From positions 1,302,001-1,366,000 of the forward strand of contig CAKKNE010000004.1 of NCBI GenBank assembly GCA_918797485.1: a stretch of DNA of 64,000 nucleotides, read 5' to 3'. Source of the stretch: Pelagomonas calceolata (Eukaryota). The position numbers were made by a program, and so were the translations under genes. The notes beneath the pieces are model-generated. The model was not told where the DNA came from, ran no database searches, and was given only the letters and a program-made list of their open reading frames with translations. The stretch's first letter is position 1; each line of letters begins with the position of its first letter. Positions 30,239 to 42,581 of the stretch are shown here, one piece after another.

Positions 30239-33200
30239 ATGCTCCGGCGGCTCGCAATAGGCCTGGCCGCCGCCGGGGCGCTGCCCGAGCCGCCCTTCGT
30301 CTGCGACAACACGCAGTGCCGGGTCAAACCGCGAAACGCGAGTGCGGCGCCGATCTGCGCCGCGGGCTACTACACGTGCGCCAGCTGCTGCGACGAGGAC
30401 GCGGACTGCAACTGCGACGGCCACGGCGGCGACGCCTACGACCACGCCTGGCGCACGCCCAAGTGCCCCGAAGGCTACTACGAGTGCGGCGATTGCTGCG
30501 ACCGCGACGCGGACTGCGCCTGCGACGACCAGTGCGAACGCTTTCGAGCCCCGTCGTGCTTTCGTCGGGAACGTTGGAAAGGCGAGCGACAGTACCGACC
30601 GTGCAATTCAGATTTGCCTGCGAACGTGGACTGCAGCCTCGCGTACCACGAGAACGCGTCCAAGCCCCACGGTTGGTGCCCCGTCGGCTACCACGACTGC
30701 GGCCAGCACGACTGCTGCGACTGGAACAGCGACTGCGCGTGCGACGGCGCGTGGCGGACGGGCAACCTCGACGAGCACTGCGACGTCGGGCCGACGGGCC
30801 ACGACGGCGCGCTCTGGGGCTTCGAGTGCAGCGTGCACAAGGGCCTCGACGACCCGCCGGCCTCGGGCCTCAAAGGTTTGGGGGCCACCGAGGCCGGCGC
30901 CTGCTGCGCGGGGCCGAACGAGACCGCCGCGTGCGCGGACGGGTACACGGTCGTGGCGGGCGACGCGCCCTGCGTGTTCACGTGCTGCGAGGGCGCCGTC
31001 GACAACCTGACGACGGCCGCGGACGTGGACGCCGAAGGCTTCTGCTGGGAGGCCCATGCGAACGAGGGGCGGCGCCCGGTGGAGTGGGGCGACTGCTGCG
31101 AATCCGAGTGCGGACTCTTCGTCGCTGGGCCCCGGGGCCGCGGCTACGACGACGCGGTCGCCTACTGCTCACGCATAGGTGCCGAGATCGCGACCATCTA
31201 TAGCGCGACCGAAAACGAGCTGGCGCGCCACGCCTGCGGCGGCTCGTGCTGGATCGGCCTCGAAGAAGTCGGCGGCGACGCGTCGACGCCCAAGGCGAGC
31301 CAGACGTGGCGGTGGAGGGATGGATCGACGGCGAGTTACACGAACTGGGAGGATAGTTACACGAACTGGGAGGATTGGGAACCGAACAATTACGAGGGAA
31401 ACGACGAGAGGAACGCAATTATTCATGATGGCATGTGGTACGACGTGGCCGACGACCATCACATGAGGCCCCTCTGCCGCACCGGCGACGGCACCTCCGC
31501 GTGTCGGACGGTCTACCTTCCGGAAGGGCGGTCCCACGGGGAGTTTGCGGGGTTCCCTCCGCAGTACTGGGAGTATAACGGTATTGATGAAGTGCAGGAG
31601 TGGCGACGACGCGCGCGCGAGGAGTGGTTCCGCGAGGAGACCTGCCGGCCGAAAGCGGACGCGCCGGCGGCGTGCTTCGCGCCGCCGACGCGCCGCGCCG
31701 ACTGCGTCGACGGCGCGTGCCGCGCGCTCAAGCCCGGGGGCGCCGCCCTGGATCGTTTTGTCGATGATTACGGCGCGCTCGCGGTCACGGAGGACTGCCA
31801 CGGCATCACTTACGAATTTCAAGAATGGCGCTGGGGCTTAATTCGCCGCTTTGGGCCGCAGTCCCGGCACTGCGCCGACAACCACACGCTGGCGGGCGTG
31901 GATTACGTCGACGGCGTCGGCACCTGCTGCACGAACAGGAGTTCCGACGACGCGAAGTGCGTCGCGCCCGCGCCGGAATGCTTCCACCGCAGCGGTCCTC
32001 GGCGCTGCGATATCCTCCTGAAGTATTTTGGCAGCATGGACTACGACGGCGAGCACGCCCGCACCCCCCCCTGCGACTTTAGGGGAGAGCCCTACGCCTG
32101 CGACGACCTGCGGTGCGACCCGGCGTCCGGCGCGCTCTACTACGTCCGCGAGGATTCGTGGCGCTGGTGGGGCCGCCTCTGGAGCTGGAACATTAAGAGA
32201 ATCCTCGGCGACCACGCCTGCATGCGTAACTGGTGGCGGGCCGACCTGCGGAGGAACGACCCCTGGCCGGCCTCGCGGAAGAACCGGCGCATGGGCGAGC
32301 GCCAGCGCATCCAGGCCTGCGGCGTGGTCACCGAAGACGGCGACTTCTTCCACGCGCAGCTCGCGGGGGGGAGGGGCTGGGACGAGGCGTGGCTGTACAG
32401 GACCGGCTACGCCAACCACGAGCCGCACCGGGGCCACCCGTGGGACAACTTCTGGGCCTCGACGCGCGCGCCCCGCCGCTGGCGGGGCCTGGACGCGGCG
32501 CCGGCGACCGCGCCGGCCGACGCGTGCGCGCGGGCCGCGGCGCGCGAGTTCCACGGCGGCTGCCTCGGGACCTGCGGGAAGACGTGCGCCGAGCTCGGCC
32601 ACGACCCCGTCCTCTTCGAGAAGCTCAGGGCCGCCGTGAAGAAGTGGCCCGACAAGGGCGGCGGCGACGCGATTCCGGACGCCTGCGGCTTCGCGTCGCA
32701 GCCGGGCGTGGCGGAGATTTGGTATTGGTGGAGTTGGCACCGTATACTCTACAACCCCCACATCGTAACTTGGATCACGGCCAGACAGATCGTCGCGTGG
32801 CTGGGCCTCGGCCTCATCTACGTCGTCGGCGTCGCGGCGGCGTGCTGCGCCTCGCAGCCGGCGTGCCTTGGATACGCGCACCTCCAACGCCTACGGAACT
32901 GGGTCAATCGGCGGATAGAGGACGGGGGCGCGGCCCGCTACTGCTACTTCATCTGCTGCGGCGGCTGGCTCCTCGAGCTGGTCGCGCGCCTGGTGGCGCT
33001 GCTCTTCGCGGGCCTGGAGTTCTGTCGGCTGCTCCTTCGACCGGGCGAGGCGCGCGCGCGCTACGAGAAGTTCCGCGAGCGGCGCCCCTGGTTCAGGCGC
33101 TACGTCGCGCCGTGCCTGGATAAGCTCTCGGCCGGCGTCGCGTCATTTAGGAAGAAGCGGGCCGTCGCCGCGCTTCTGGCAAAGCTGTCCGTCGCCGCGC

Positions 33201-36200
33201 CGCTCGCGTGGAAGGGCCTGAAGAAGGCGTGGAAGGGCCTGAAGAAGGGGACGGCCCGCCTCGGCCGCTGCCTCTACTGTTGCTGCTGCGGCGACTTTTG
33301 GCGTCGACTCCTGGTCAAGCGGCCACCCGCGGCCGTCTACACCGCGGAGGACGGGACGGAGCAGACGGTCCCCTGGGTCGTGGCGCCGGGCCCGCCGGGC
33401 ACGATCGTGACCCGCCCCGACGGCATCAAGGTCAAGGTGCCGGAGGGCGTCCAAAGGGGCCAGCTCTTCTCGCTCGCGGAGGCGGCGCCCGCGGGCGACG
33501 ACGGCGCCGCGCCGAAACACGCCGCCGAGCCGCCGTCGCTCACGGAACGCACCGCGCTCCTCGTGCGCAAGGCGTGGATTATAAAAAAGCGCACGACGGG
33601 CGCCCTGGCCAAGCAAGTATTCGTCCCGCTCCTCGGCGTCGGCGTCCTGTGGTTACTGTACGACACCAGGGAACGAAATCGAAAAGAGCGGAGCACCAAA
33701 GCGAGCGCAGGCTTCGACACGATCCACGGCGACCTCGAGCTCGTCGTGTTCCAGTTCTTCTTCTTCCCGTGGGTCCAGGTCGTCGCCTCGGCGCTGGTGG
33801 GGGACGTTGCGCAAGGCACGCGCGAGGCGACGCGCGCGGCGGGCGGCGCCGACGCGGCCTACTGGCTCGCATCCTTTTTGGTCGAGGGCGTCGCCGTCGG
33901 CGGCGGCGTCGCCGTCGCGATCGCCGCGGGCGCCGCGCCGGGCCTCTTCCGGCGCGCCGGCAAGAGTTTCGAGGTCGCCGCGTTCTTCGAGCTCTTCGCC
34001 CTCCACTGGCTCTTTCTGCTAGCGCTCGTCCTCCAGACCTTTGTGGTGGTCACGTGCCTCCTTCGATCGCAGATCGCCGCGGCGGGGCTCCCGCCCCTGT
34101 TGCACGCGGCCCTGCACGGGTTCTACTTGCTCTGGAACCCGCTCCGGGCCTGGAACCGTCACCGTGGCGGCCGGCTCCGAACGCACTGGACCCTGACGAA
34201 TCGGCCGCGCGCGCACTTCGTCGGCGCGGCTTTCCTGCCGCAGTTCGCGTACGATTTGTTGGTGGACTCGTTCAGCCCGACGGGAAAGCGAGCGGGCTGG
34301 CGGTGCCGGCTCGTCGCCGACGGTTTTGTGGGGGAGCGCTACCCGTGCGGGAAGTGTAGAAAAGAGTGCTGGGAAAAGGCCCCAGGGCCGCGGCTCGGGG
34401 ATTTCGAGCAGTATCTGCAGAGCCGGTCGCTGACGGCGGCGCCCTGCGCCGACGAGCACCTCATGTGCGAGGACGTCTGGCCCTTCTGGTACGAGAAGAC
34501 TGAGGATCGGGGCTGGCGGCCCGAGTCCTCGTGGACGGCCGGGGTCTACTGCATGTTGATGGTGTCCGTGGTGTTTTGGGCGGCGGTCCTGTGGTACGTG
34601 ATCCAGGTCTCCACGTCGGCGGCGCGAGGCAAGGGCAAGGACCTGCTCTTTTGCATCCGGAAGGCGTACTGGCGACCGCCACCGCCGGACGAGGTCGTAG
34701 AGAAGGCGCCGCTCGTGGACCACGACGAGTGGTTCGAGAACGATGAAAGCGCCGACGCGCCGGTCCAGGTAAGAGGCCTCCGGAAGGTCTTCGGGAAGAA
34801 GGTCGCCGTATCCGACGCGACGTTCGCGATTCGCGACTCGGAGATCTTCTGCCTGCTGGGTCACAACGGCGCGGGCAAGACGACCACCATGTCGATGATG
34901 ACTGGAGCGATGGCTCCCGACGGCGGCAGCGCAAATTTCTTCGGGATACGAACGCTTGGCCCCTTAGCTGAAGCGGACGGCCTCGACCGGCTCCGCCAGC
35001 TCCTCGGCTTCTGCCCGCAGCACGACGCGATGTTCCCTCAGCTCACGCTCCGGGAGCACCTCATTTTCTACTCACGGCTCAAGGGCGTCGAGGAAGCTAG
35101 AGCGGAGAACGAGGCGTCTGGCCTGCTGCAGCTCTTCCGCCTCACGGAAATGGCCGAGGGGTTTCCGCTCAAGCTCTCGGGCGGCCAGAAGCGCAAGGTG
35201 ATGATGGCCGCGGCGCTGACCGGCGGGTCCAGGCTCGTGGTCCTCGACGAGCCGACGGCGGGGATGGACCCCGTGGCGCGGCGCGAGGTCTGGACCCTGC
35301 TGCGGGACGTCCGCGTCGACCGGTCGGTACTCCTCACGACGCACCACATGGAGGAGGCCGAAGCATTGGCGGACCGGGTGGCGATCATGGCGGCCGGGAG
35401 CGTGACGTGCTGCGGCACTATATCTTTCCTGAAGCGGCACTTCGGCGGGGGTGACGACGCAGAGGTCGCCGCTCGCCGCAAGGCGGCGGAGGAGGAGGCG
35501 AGGCGGAAGGAGGCGGAGGCCAAAGCGTTAGCGGAACGCATGGCCGCGGCCGGGGCCGAGGAGCGGGAACGATTAGCCGCGGAGAAGGCTCGTCTGGAGC
35601 GGGAGGCGGCCGAGGCTCGAGCCAAGGCCGAGGGCGGCGCGGACACGTCGACCGGCGGCCTTCATGTGGCGGTGACGACGGCTGTCGCGGCGCGCGATCG
35701 ACTCAAAGCGATTTTTGCGCAGCACGTGCCCGGAGCCAAGCTGGCGGCGGCCTCGAAGCTCGAGGAGGACCTCCGCCGGGCGACCGAAAAGGACGCCGCG
35801 AACCCGCTCCTCGGGTCGACGCCGAAGAGCTTTTCGTCATCATTTAAGAGTCCTCTCCTGAACGCGACCCGGGGCGCGAGCTTCTCCGCGTCGCGGAACT
35901 GGGCGGACGCCGAGGCCCCCCTCCTCGAGGACTCCGCGCGCGACGTCACGACGACGTACACCATTCACGCATCCAGGGCACGCGTCGCAGCTCTCTTCGA
36001 GGGGCTGGAGGCCGAGGCCGACGGCTTGGGCCTCGTCGACGTTTCGGTGACGGCGACGTCGCTCGAGGACGTGTTCATAGCCGTCGGCGAGCAGGTCGAG
36101 GGCGCTGCGGCGCCCGTGGAGGCAGAGACGTTGGTTGGCGGGGCCTTGCTGCCGTCGGCGCCGGGCGAGCCGGTGCCGGCGGGGAGGCTCGTCGCGGCCG

Positions 36201-39200
36201 TGGTCCAGTTTCGGCTCCCAGCAGTGCAGATAGATCAAAGTGACCTCGACTCACCTCTTGCTTTCCACACAGGCTCCAACAAATAAGAGACGACCTCGTG
36301 TGGATCAAAAAGTTCGTCCTCGGCGGCGCGGCGCTGCCGGGCGGGCTCAAGCAAGCGGTGGCGCGGGCGCGCGCGAGCAAAGACCACACGACCTTCACGG
36401 TACCCACGAAATTCGCCGTCCTGGTCGCGGCGCTGGCCGGGGCGCCGACCCTCGGCGTGGCCGTGGGCGTGCAGGGAGGCGGCTGGCTCGGCCTGGGTTT
36501 GTGGTTCGCGACCTCCGTCGCTTTTTCAGCTGTCGTTTTTTTGTTGGCGGCACTGGAATGCGGCGTGCGATACTACTGTTTCAAAAGTTCGGTGTCGGCG
36601 CCATGCGCGGTCGCCGGCGGTGTCGTAGGCGCCTTCGTGGGCATGATATGTGTCCTCGTGGGGTGGGAGGCCGTGGCGGGGCCGCTGACGTCGATGGTGG
36701 CCACGGCGATCGCCGTAGGCCTCGAGGCCGGGCTCCGGCCGTACTTTGGGTCTCCAACATCGGTCTTTGGTGCGATCGTGGGTATGGTAGCGGGGCTGAG
36801 TGCGGGGTGGGGTGTGGGCTGGCAAGTGTGCAAGGCGGCGTTGCGGAGATGGAAACCGCCGGGCCGCCGCGCGCGGGCGCGGACCGAAGGCGGCGTCGCC
36901 GGATTCTTTGTTGGCCTCGTCGTGGAAGTTTTGGGCTCCGTCTTCGCCTCGGCGTTTTGTTCCGCCGGGATACATGGATCGATCCTGGTGCTCCTCCAAG
37001 TGGCGGCGGCGGCAATGCCGCTGGTCGTGCGCGCGCAAATGCCCGGCAAAGGAAAGCGGGCGTTCGGTTTCAAAAGTAGATACGCGGAGTACTACAACAC
37101 CCTCGTCGCGGGGGTCCTGGTGGGCGCCTATTTTCTTGTGGCGGGCTTCGTGGTGGAGCCATACGTCCGCGAGCGCGCCAGAGGTCTGCGGAATCTGTTG
37201 GCCGTCTCGGGCCTCGACACTTTGACGTACTGGCTGGGAAACTGGCTCAGCGACGCGCTGGTACTCGTCGGCGGTGCCGTCTGCGTTGTTTTCATGTTAG
37301 CGGCGACGCGCATGGCCTACCGCAAACGGTTGTGCAGCAGCGCGCCGACTTACGCGCAGCTCCACGCTGCCGCTCGGAAGGGGGATCTCGACCTCGGGCC
37401 CTACAACGCGACCACCACGTCGCTAGCAACCGCCTTCCACGACCGGTACCCGGGGGGCTTTGAAGAAGACCAGAACGGTATTTGGAGCTCCGAGTCCTAC
37501 GATACCATCAAGCAGTGGTACTGCGGCAGCGTCTGGGACCGCAGCATCGGGGCCGGGGCCTGGCAGAACGCTACCAAGTACGTCGTACGCCGCTGGATGG
37601 AACGCTGGCCGTGGTTGTGGATTTTACTGCCGCTGTGTAGCGCGGGGATCGTGAGCTTCTCGCACTTCGCGACGACGACGTTCGACTCGCCGCTCATCGC
37701 GGTCGCGTCGACGCCCATTTTCATCGGTCTCCTGGGCGGGGCGGCACCGGCCGGGCTCGCAGGACTTTGGTGGGTCGCCACCACCAAACCCGACCAGCTC
37801 CTATACCAGGAATTCTTCTGTAAGATAGGGTGGCTCGCGTCAATCGCAACGCCGTTCGGCAACCTGGCGATCCAGGTCTGCAAGGTGGCCTTCCACCCGC
37901 AGCTGAAGCGCGGGGGATTTCTCGAGGCGTCGGGACCCGGACCTTTATCGAGGCAGCCCGCGGACCCGCCTTTACCAAGCGGCGGGGCGGCAGTTTTCTT
38001 CGCCCTTTTCCACATCATACTTTATGAAGGAATAGTCGTCTTTAAAGATCGACGGGCCCTGCGCCCGCTCGCCTGGGTGAAGACGCGGGTCTCCAAGGTG
38101 CGCGCGAACGCGATGCCCGACGACGTCGCCGCGGAGCGCGCGCGCGTCGCGGCACTCACCGGCGCGGGCGACGCCGCGAGCGCGGGCGACGCCCTGTCGA
38201 CGAACGAAGACGACTTCCAGATTGTGGTAGACGAGCCGGAGGAGGAAGCGCCGCCGTCGCGGCCGCCGCCGACGAGCCTTTCCACCGCCGTGCGCGACAC
38301 CGTCGCCATGCTGCGGAACGTGCCGCCGGGCGACGACCCGTACCCGCCGTCACTATCTCTAAACGCCGCACCGGCCGACCGCGACGGCCTCGTCGTCTCG
38401 GACCTGCGGAAGATCTACCCGCCGCGGTTCTTCGGCGGTGCGGCCGTCGAGTCCGTCCAGTGCGCGGCCTTCGGCGTCCCGACGGGCCAGGTCTTTGGTT
38501 TACTAGGCGCGAACGGCGCCGGCAAGACAACGACCGTGTCGATGGTCTGCCGCGCCGTCGAGCCGACGTCCGGGGACGCCAAGGTCGCGGGGAAGAGCGT
38601 GCTGGCCGACCGCCTGCGTGAAAAATCAGCACGTGAGTGAGGTTCTTCCACGCCATCGAGCAGACGCAATCACAGGGACAACGGCGCGTCGATGGCGGGG
38701 CGCCGTGAAATTTGATTACCACACAGGCCGACTTCGAGGACGCGGCGAAGGCGCTCGGCGTCGTCAACCAGAAGAACGTCCTCTGGGACCACCTGAGCTG
38801 TCGAGACCTGTGTGGAAATCAACCAGTGCGCCGGGTGCACCCAACAATTATTCACTAAGTCATTTCTCGGCAATGACGCGGCCGTCCTGGCTCGGTCGAG
38901 CGGTGAGGAACCGGCATCGCCACGCCATCGAGCAGGCGCCGCGTCGATGGCGTGGAGGTCGACGCGGCGATTCATTAGAACGCGCCGTAAAATTTTGATT
39001 TTCACACAGGTCGAGACCATCTCTGTCTCTTCGCGCGGCTCCGGGGCGTCGACATCGAAGGAGACGCGCGCCACGCCGCGGAGCAAGCGCTCGCCGTCGT
39101 CGGTCTGTCCGACCACGCCGACAAAGCGGCGGGCCGCCTGTCGGGGGGCATGAAGCGCAAGCTGGCCGTCGCGGTGGCGCTGGTCGGCGGCCCCTCGGTG

Positions 39201-40295
39201 GTGTTGCTGGACGAGCCGTCGTCGGGCCTGGATCCAGGAGCGCAAAGGAATCTCTGGGACCTCATCAAGGTCACGATGAAGGGCCGCGCCGTCGTCCTGA
39301 CGACGCACTCGATGGGCGAGGCCGATCTCCTCTGCGACCGCGTCGGCATCATGGTCAAGGGCACCATGCGCTGCATCGGGACGCCGCAGGAGCTCAAGGA
39401 GCGCTACGCGGCGGGCTACGAGATCTCGTGCCGCCTGGAAACGCGGGACGACGCGCACGTCGCGGACCTCGTGGCGTTCGCGCGCGAGGCCTTTTCGTCG
39501 CCGGACGTCGACGTCGCCGCCGCGGACGCGGACATTGCGACGCTCGAGCTCGCGGGCGTCGACCCGCGGCGGACGCCGGCGCTCGCGTTCCGCGCCTTCG
39601 ACGACGACGCGTGCGCGCGGCTCGGCGTGACGGACTTTTCGCTCTCGCGCGCGACGATGGAGAAGGTGTTTCTGCGCATCGCCGGCGGCGAGGAGGGTCT
39701 GGCGCAGTCGCGGCTCGGCCGGGAGATCGCCGAGATGCTCCAGGCCGAGGCCGACGACGACGCGCAGAGGGAACTCGATAAGGTGGTCTTCTCCGAGGCG
39801 ACGTGCTGCGGCTGCACGCGGTTCGCGTGGCTGCACCTGGGCCTCTACGCCTTATTTTGGCATGGGATCCTTTCTTTCTTCTGGTGGATGGGCGCCTATG
39901 CCCAGGATCGCTTCGAATGGTGCCTCTGGAGTCACAACCGTTCGAAGGGGTCCTTGAAGAGATGCGCCAGGCGGGAGTTCTGGATCAAGGCCGGCACGAT
40001 GTTCTACTCTGTGTGGAAATCAACCGGTGCGTCGGGTTCTCGGCGACGACGCGGCCATCCTGGCTCGGTCGAGCGGCGAGGAACCGGCATTGCCACGCCA
40101 TCGAGCAGGCGTCGCGTCGATGACTCGATGGCGACGCACGCGCCGTAAATTTGATTTCCACACAGGTTCTACTACGCGCCGTTGGGCATAATCGTGGTGG
40201 GTTCCTTGCTCTCCATCACGTGGTGCCTCTGCGCCCCGTGCGCGCTGTGGTGCCTGCGGGCGCCGAGCCGCACCGGCGCGATCGCGCCCGCGTAG
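30239..40295 (+). CDS. Full-size ABCA transporter with long Cys-rich/C-type lectin N-terminus; exons 30239-36213, 36273-38604, 38727-38799, 39010-40000, 40166-40295
   Basis: NBD1 LGHNGAGKTT/LSGGQKRK/LDEPTAGMDP; NBD2 LGANGAGKTT/LSGGMKRKL/LDEPSSGLDP. Four introns (2 GC-AG, 2 GT-AG) each restore the frame. C-lectin motifs CWIGL, WRWRDGS, YTNW, EPNN, WYD. Confidence 0.88.
36222..36272. mobile_element. Eroded introner (GC-AG intron 36214-36272)
   Basis: 3' end TTTCCACACAG; flanks GCTCCCAG/GCTCCAAC (6/8); splicing gives QFR|LQQIRDDLVWIKK in frame. Confidence 0.7.
38613..38726. mobile_element. Introner element (GC-AG intron 38605-38726)
   Basis: CTGCGTGAAAAATC...TTTGATTACCACACAG; flanks GCCGACCG/GCCGACTT (6/8). 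Confidence 0.85.
38808..39009. mobile_element. Introner element, 202 bp (intron 38800-39009)
   Basis: TIR CTGTGTGGAAATCAA...TTGATTTTCACACAG; perfect TSD GTCGAGAC. Confidence 0.95.
40009..40165. mobile_element. Introner element, 157 bp (intron 40001-40165)
   Basis: Perfect 15-bp TIR; perfect TSD GTTCTACT. Confidence 0.95.
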
Positions 40296-40415
40296 TAGCT
40301 TCGCCTCCCCCCGCCGCCGCGGCCCCTGTAGTGTCCCGGATAAGTGTTCCGTCGTCTCTAGTCTTCTGATTCAAATGTCTGTTACCCGGTACAAAACGTT
40401 GTCGCCGCGCGAAAT

Positions 40416-40907
40416 CTAGATCTGGCCCGTGAGGCGCTTGTACCGGAGCTTGGCGCCGCCGGTCAAGTAGGCCTCGCGGCCCTGCTCGATCTGGGTGCGC
40501 TCCAACTTCGTGAGACCGTCGTCGTAGACGTCGCCCTGGCCGTAGTTGCCCTTGTCCGGGCGCGCCTTGGCGAGGAACTCGTCGCTCCACTGCCACTTTT
40601 CGAGGCGCTCGGCGCGGCGCTCGGCGAGGATGTCCGGGCGGCCGAACGCGAAAGCGAAGCGCGCCGGCGTGGGGATCAATTGGGCCTCGGCCTCCGCCTT
40701 TTTGGCCTCAGCGCGAGCGGCTCGTTCTTGGAGGCGTCCGGGGTCGCCGAACGCCGTCGTGAAGATCTTGGGCACCTGGATGTTTGTGACGGTCTGACCG
40801 CCCTGTGCCACCTGGTTCCCGCCGCCGCGCGCCGGCGCCGGCGCGGCGGACTTGCCGAAGCCCCCGAAGGCGGTCGCGCCGACGGCGAGAGCGAGGATGA
40901 GCTTCAT
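40416..40907 (-). CDS. Hypothetical protein, probably plastid-targeted
   Basis: Signal peptide MKLILALAVGATA followed by F (ASAF-type bipartite targeting); strong GC3 codon bias. Confidence 0.75.
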   Translation of the reverse strand: MKLILALAVGATAFGGFGKSAAPAPARGGGNQVAQGGQTVTNIQVPKIFTTAFGDPGRLQERAARAEAKKAEAEAQLIPTPARFAFAFGRPDILAERRAERLEKWQWSDEFLAKARPDKGNYGQGDVYDDGLTKLERTQIEQGREAYLTGGAKLRYKRLTGQI

Positions 40908-41212
40908 CTTGTTAACCTGCGCAACGGCGATCCGTTCGATGTGACGTCGCGAGCGCCCACGAAAGCCAGGCTGACTCTGTCAGCAGTGAGTGGGGGCAGC
41001 TTCGCGCCGCGTGCCGCTGCCCCTGCAGATAAGAACAGGAGCGCGCGTCGCACCATGCTGCAAAATGGCTGGCAATCCGCATCTTTCTTACCTTGTGTTG
41101 CAGTTTTTGCAAGACTTCGTCAGCCTGAGTCTGGTCCCGCGAGCTCTGAGCGAAATCGCGACCCGAGCGAACTGCGATGACAGGTAACCAGACATTAACG
41201 ATACTAGAATCC

Positions 41213-42238
41213 TCAGCGGCGCCGATGCACCACGAGCGACGCCACGAACAACGCGGCGAGCGCGTAGGCCGCGTAGGGCGCCGCGCGCGGCTTCGTCTCG
41301 GGGCTCCGGCGGCGCTTGCGGCGCTTCGGCCGCCGCGGCTTCTTCTCGGTACTAGTCCCGCCGGGCGCGAAGGGGAAGAGCCGCTCGGCCTCGCCGAGCA
41401 CCTGGAGCTTCCGCTCGTCGATGGGCTTGCGGTGCCAGAGCAGCTTCTTCGTTCCGTGAACCTTGAGCGTCCCGTCGTAGAGCTGGTAGAGCTGCGTGCC
41501 CATGGTCGTCTCGTGCAGGTCGTAACGCGACGCGTCCGCCGGCACGAGGCCCCGCTCGACTAGTAAAGCGCGCGTCGCAGCGTCGGCGAAGACCGCGTTG
41601 AACAGCGTCGTCTCCACTAAAAAATAATCATAAGCTTCGCCCAGCGCACATAAAGCAGCTAACGACGCGCCGTGGCGCTGCGCGTCGGCCCGCGGTGGCA
41701 CATAGTGCAGGTCGTCGGGCATCGACGGGTTGAACTCTATTACTACCACCTTCGCCGCGCGGCCGGACTCAAGGAAGTCGCGCCAGAGCCAGTAGTCGAC
41801 GCCGTCCACGTCGATCGACAGCAGGTCCACACTCCACGGGCAGCTGTGCTTGCCCAATATGGCAGGGAGCTTCCTCGCGTCGTCCTCGCACGAGACAAAG
41901 GCCTCCACACAAACATTGCCGAGCGGCTCGTGGAGCGCGCGTAGCTTTTCGCACTTCGACGCATCGGCCTCGATCAGAAAGCCGCGCCAGGTCGAGGCGT
42001 CCGGCACTAATAATGAATGGGTGTTCGAGAGGTGCACGCCGTCCCAGGCGCCGACGTCGACCACCGTGCGCGGGCCGTCGCCGAGGCAATCATAGATGGC
42101 CTGCAAAATGCCGTCCTCGCCGCCCTGCGACGTGTTATCTTTCGCGAAGCGGATGAGGCCGTCCTTGCGGCGCCGCGAGGGCAGCGGTGCCTTCTTGATC
42201 TCGGCGGTGGCGTTGCGTGTTTGTGGTGGGGGGCACAT
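41213..42238 (-). CDS. FkbM-like methyltransferase with C-terminal TM anchor
   Basis: SQGGEDGIL, VDVGAWDGVHLSNT, GFLIEAD, DLLSIDVDGVDY, VVVIEFN, GASLAAL; hydrophobic C-terminus. Confidence 0.85.
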   Translation of the reverse strand: MCPPPQTRNATAEIKKAPLPSRRRKDGLIRFAKDNTSQGGEDGILQAIYDCLGDGPRTVVDVGAWDGVHLSNTHSLLVPDASTWRGFLIEADASKCEKLRALHEPLGNVCVEAFVSCEDDARKLPAILGKHSCPWSVDLLSIDVDGVDYWLWRDFLESGRAAKVVVIEFNPSMPDDLHYVPPRADAQRHGASLAALCALGEAYDYFLVETTLFNAVFADAATRALLVERGLVPADASRYDLHETTMGTQLYQLYDGTLKVHGTKKLLWHRKPIDERKLQVLGEAERLFPFAPGGTSTEKKPRRPKRRKRRRSPETKPRAAPYAAYALAALFVASLVVHRRR

Positions 42239-42581
42239 CGGTCGGTCGTGCTCGGAGATGAATTTTCCTTGCTAAAACCGATGTATGGTGGAGCAAAAGC
42301 AATCGCAAAAGCAGAGAGCAAGAGCTAGCGAGCTGTAAGACACTAGCAAGCACACAACCGTCCTTTGAGGTGTGCCTGCGCCCTCAGACACCTCTTCCAC
42401 AGTGGGCCGCAGGCGTGGCAAACGCAAGAACTCGCATCTAACCCCGCACGAGCTTCTTCTGAATCCCAGCGCTTCTCCCTTTTTTCTGCCTGACACGGGC
42501 TGCCTACGGCTGCCCGCGGTGCTCGTTAGACATCGCCGTGCACAGCTGTGAACGCTCAACGCGCTGCAGGCGACGCTGACA

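Noticed and set aside
38670..39836. 388-aa - strand ORF and similar shadows (45233..46630, 54384..55742, 18461..19594, 16386..17423)
   Set aside because: Antisense or off-frame to well-supported genes in high-GC DNA; no domain motifs.
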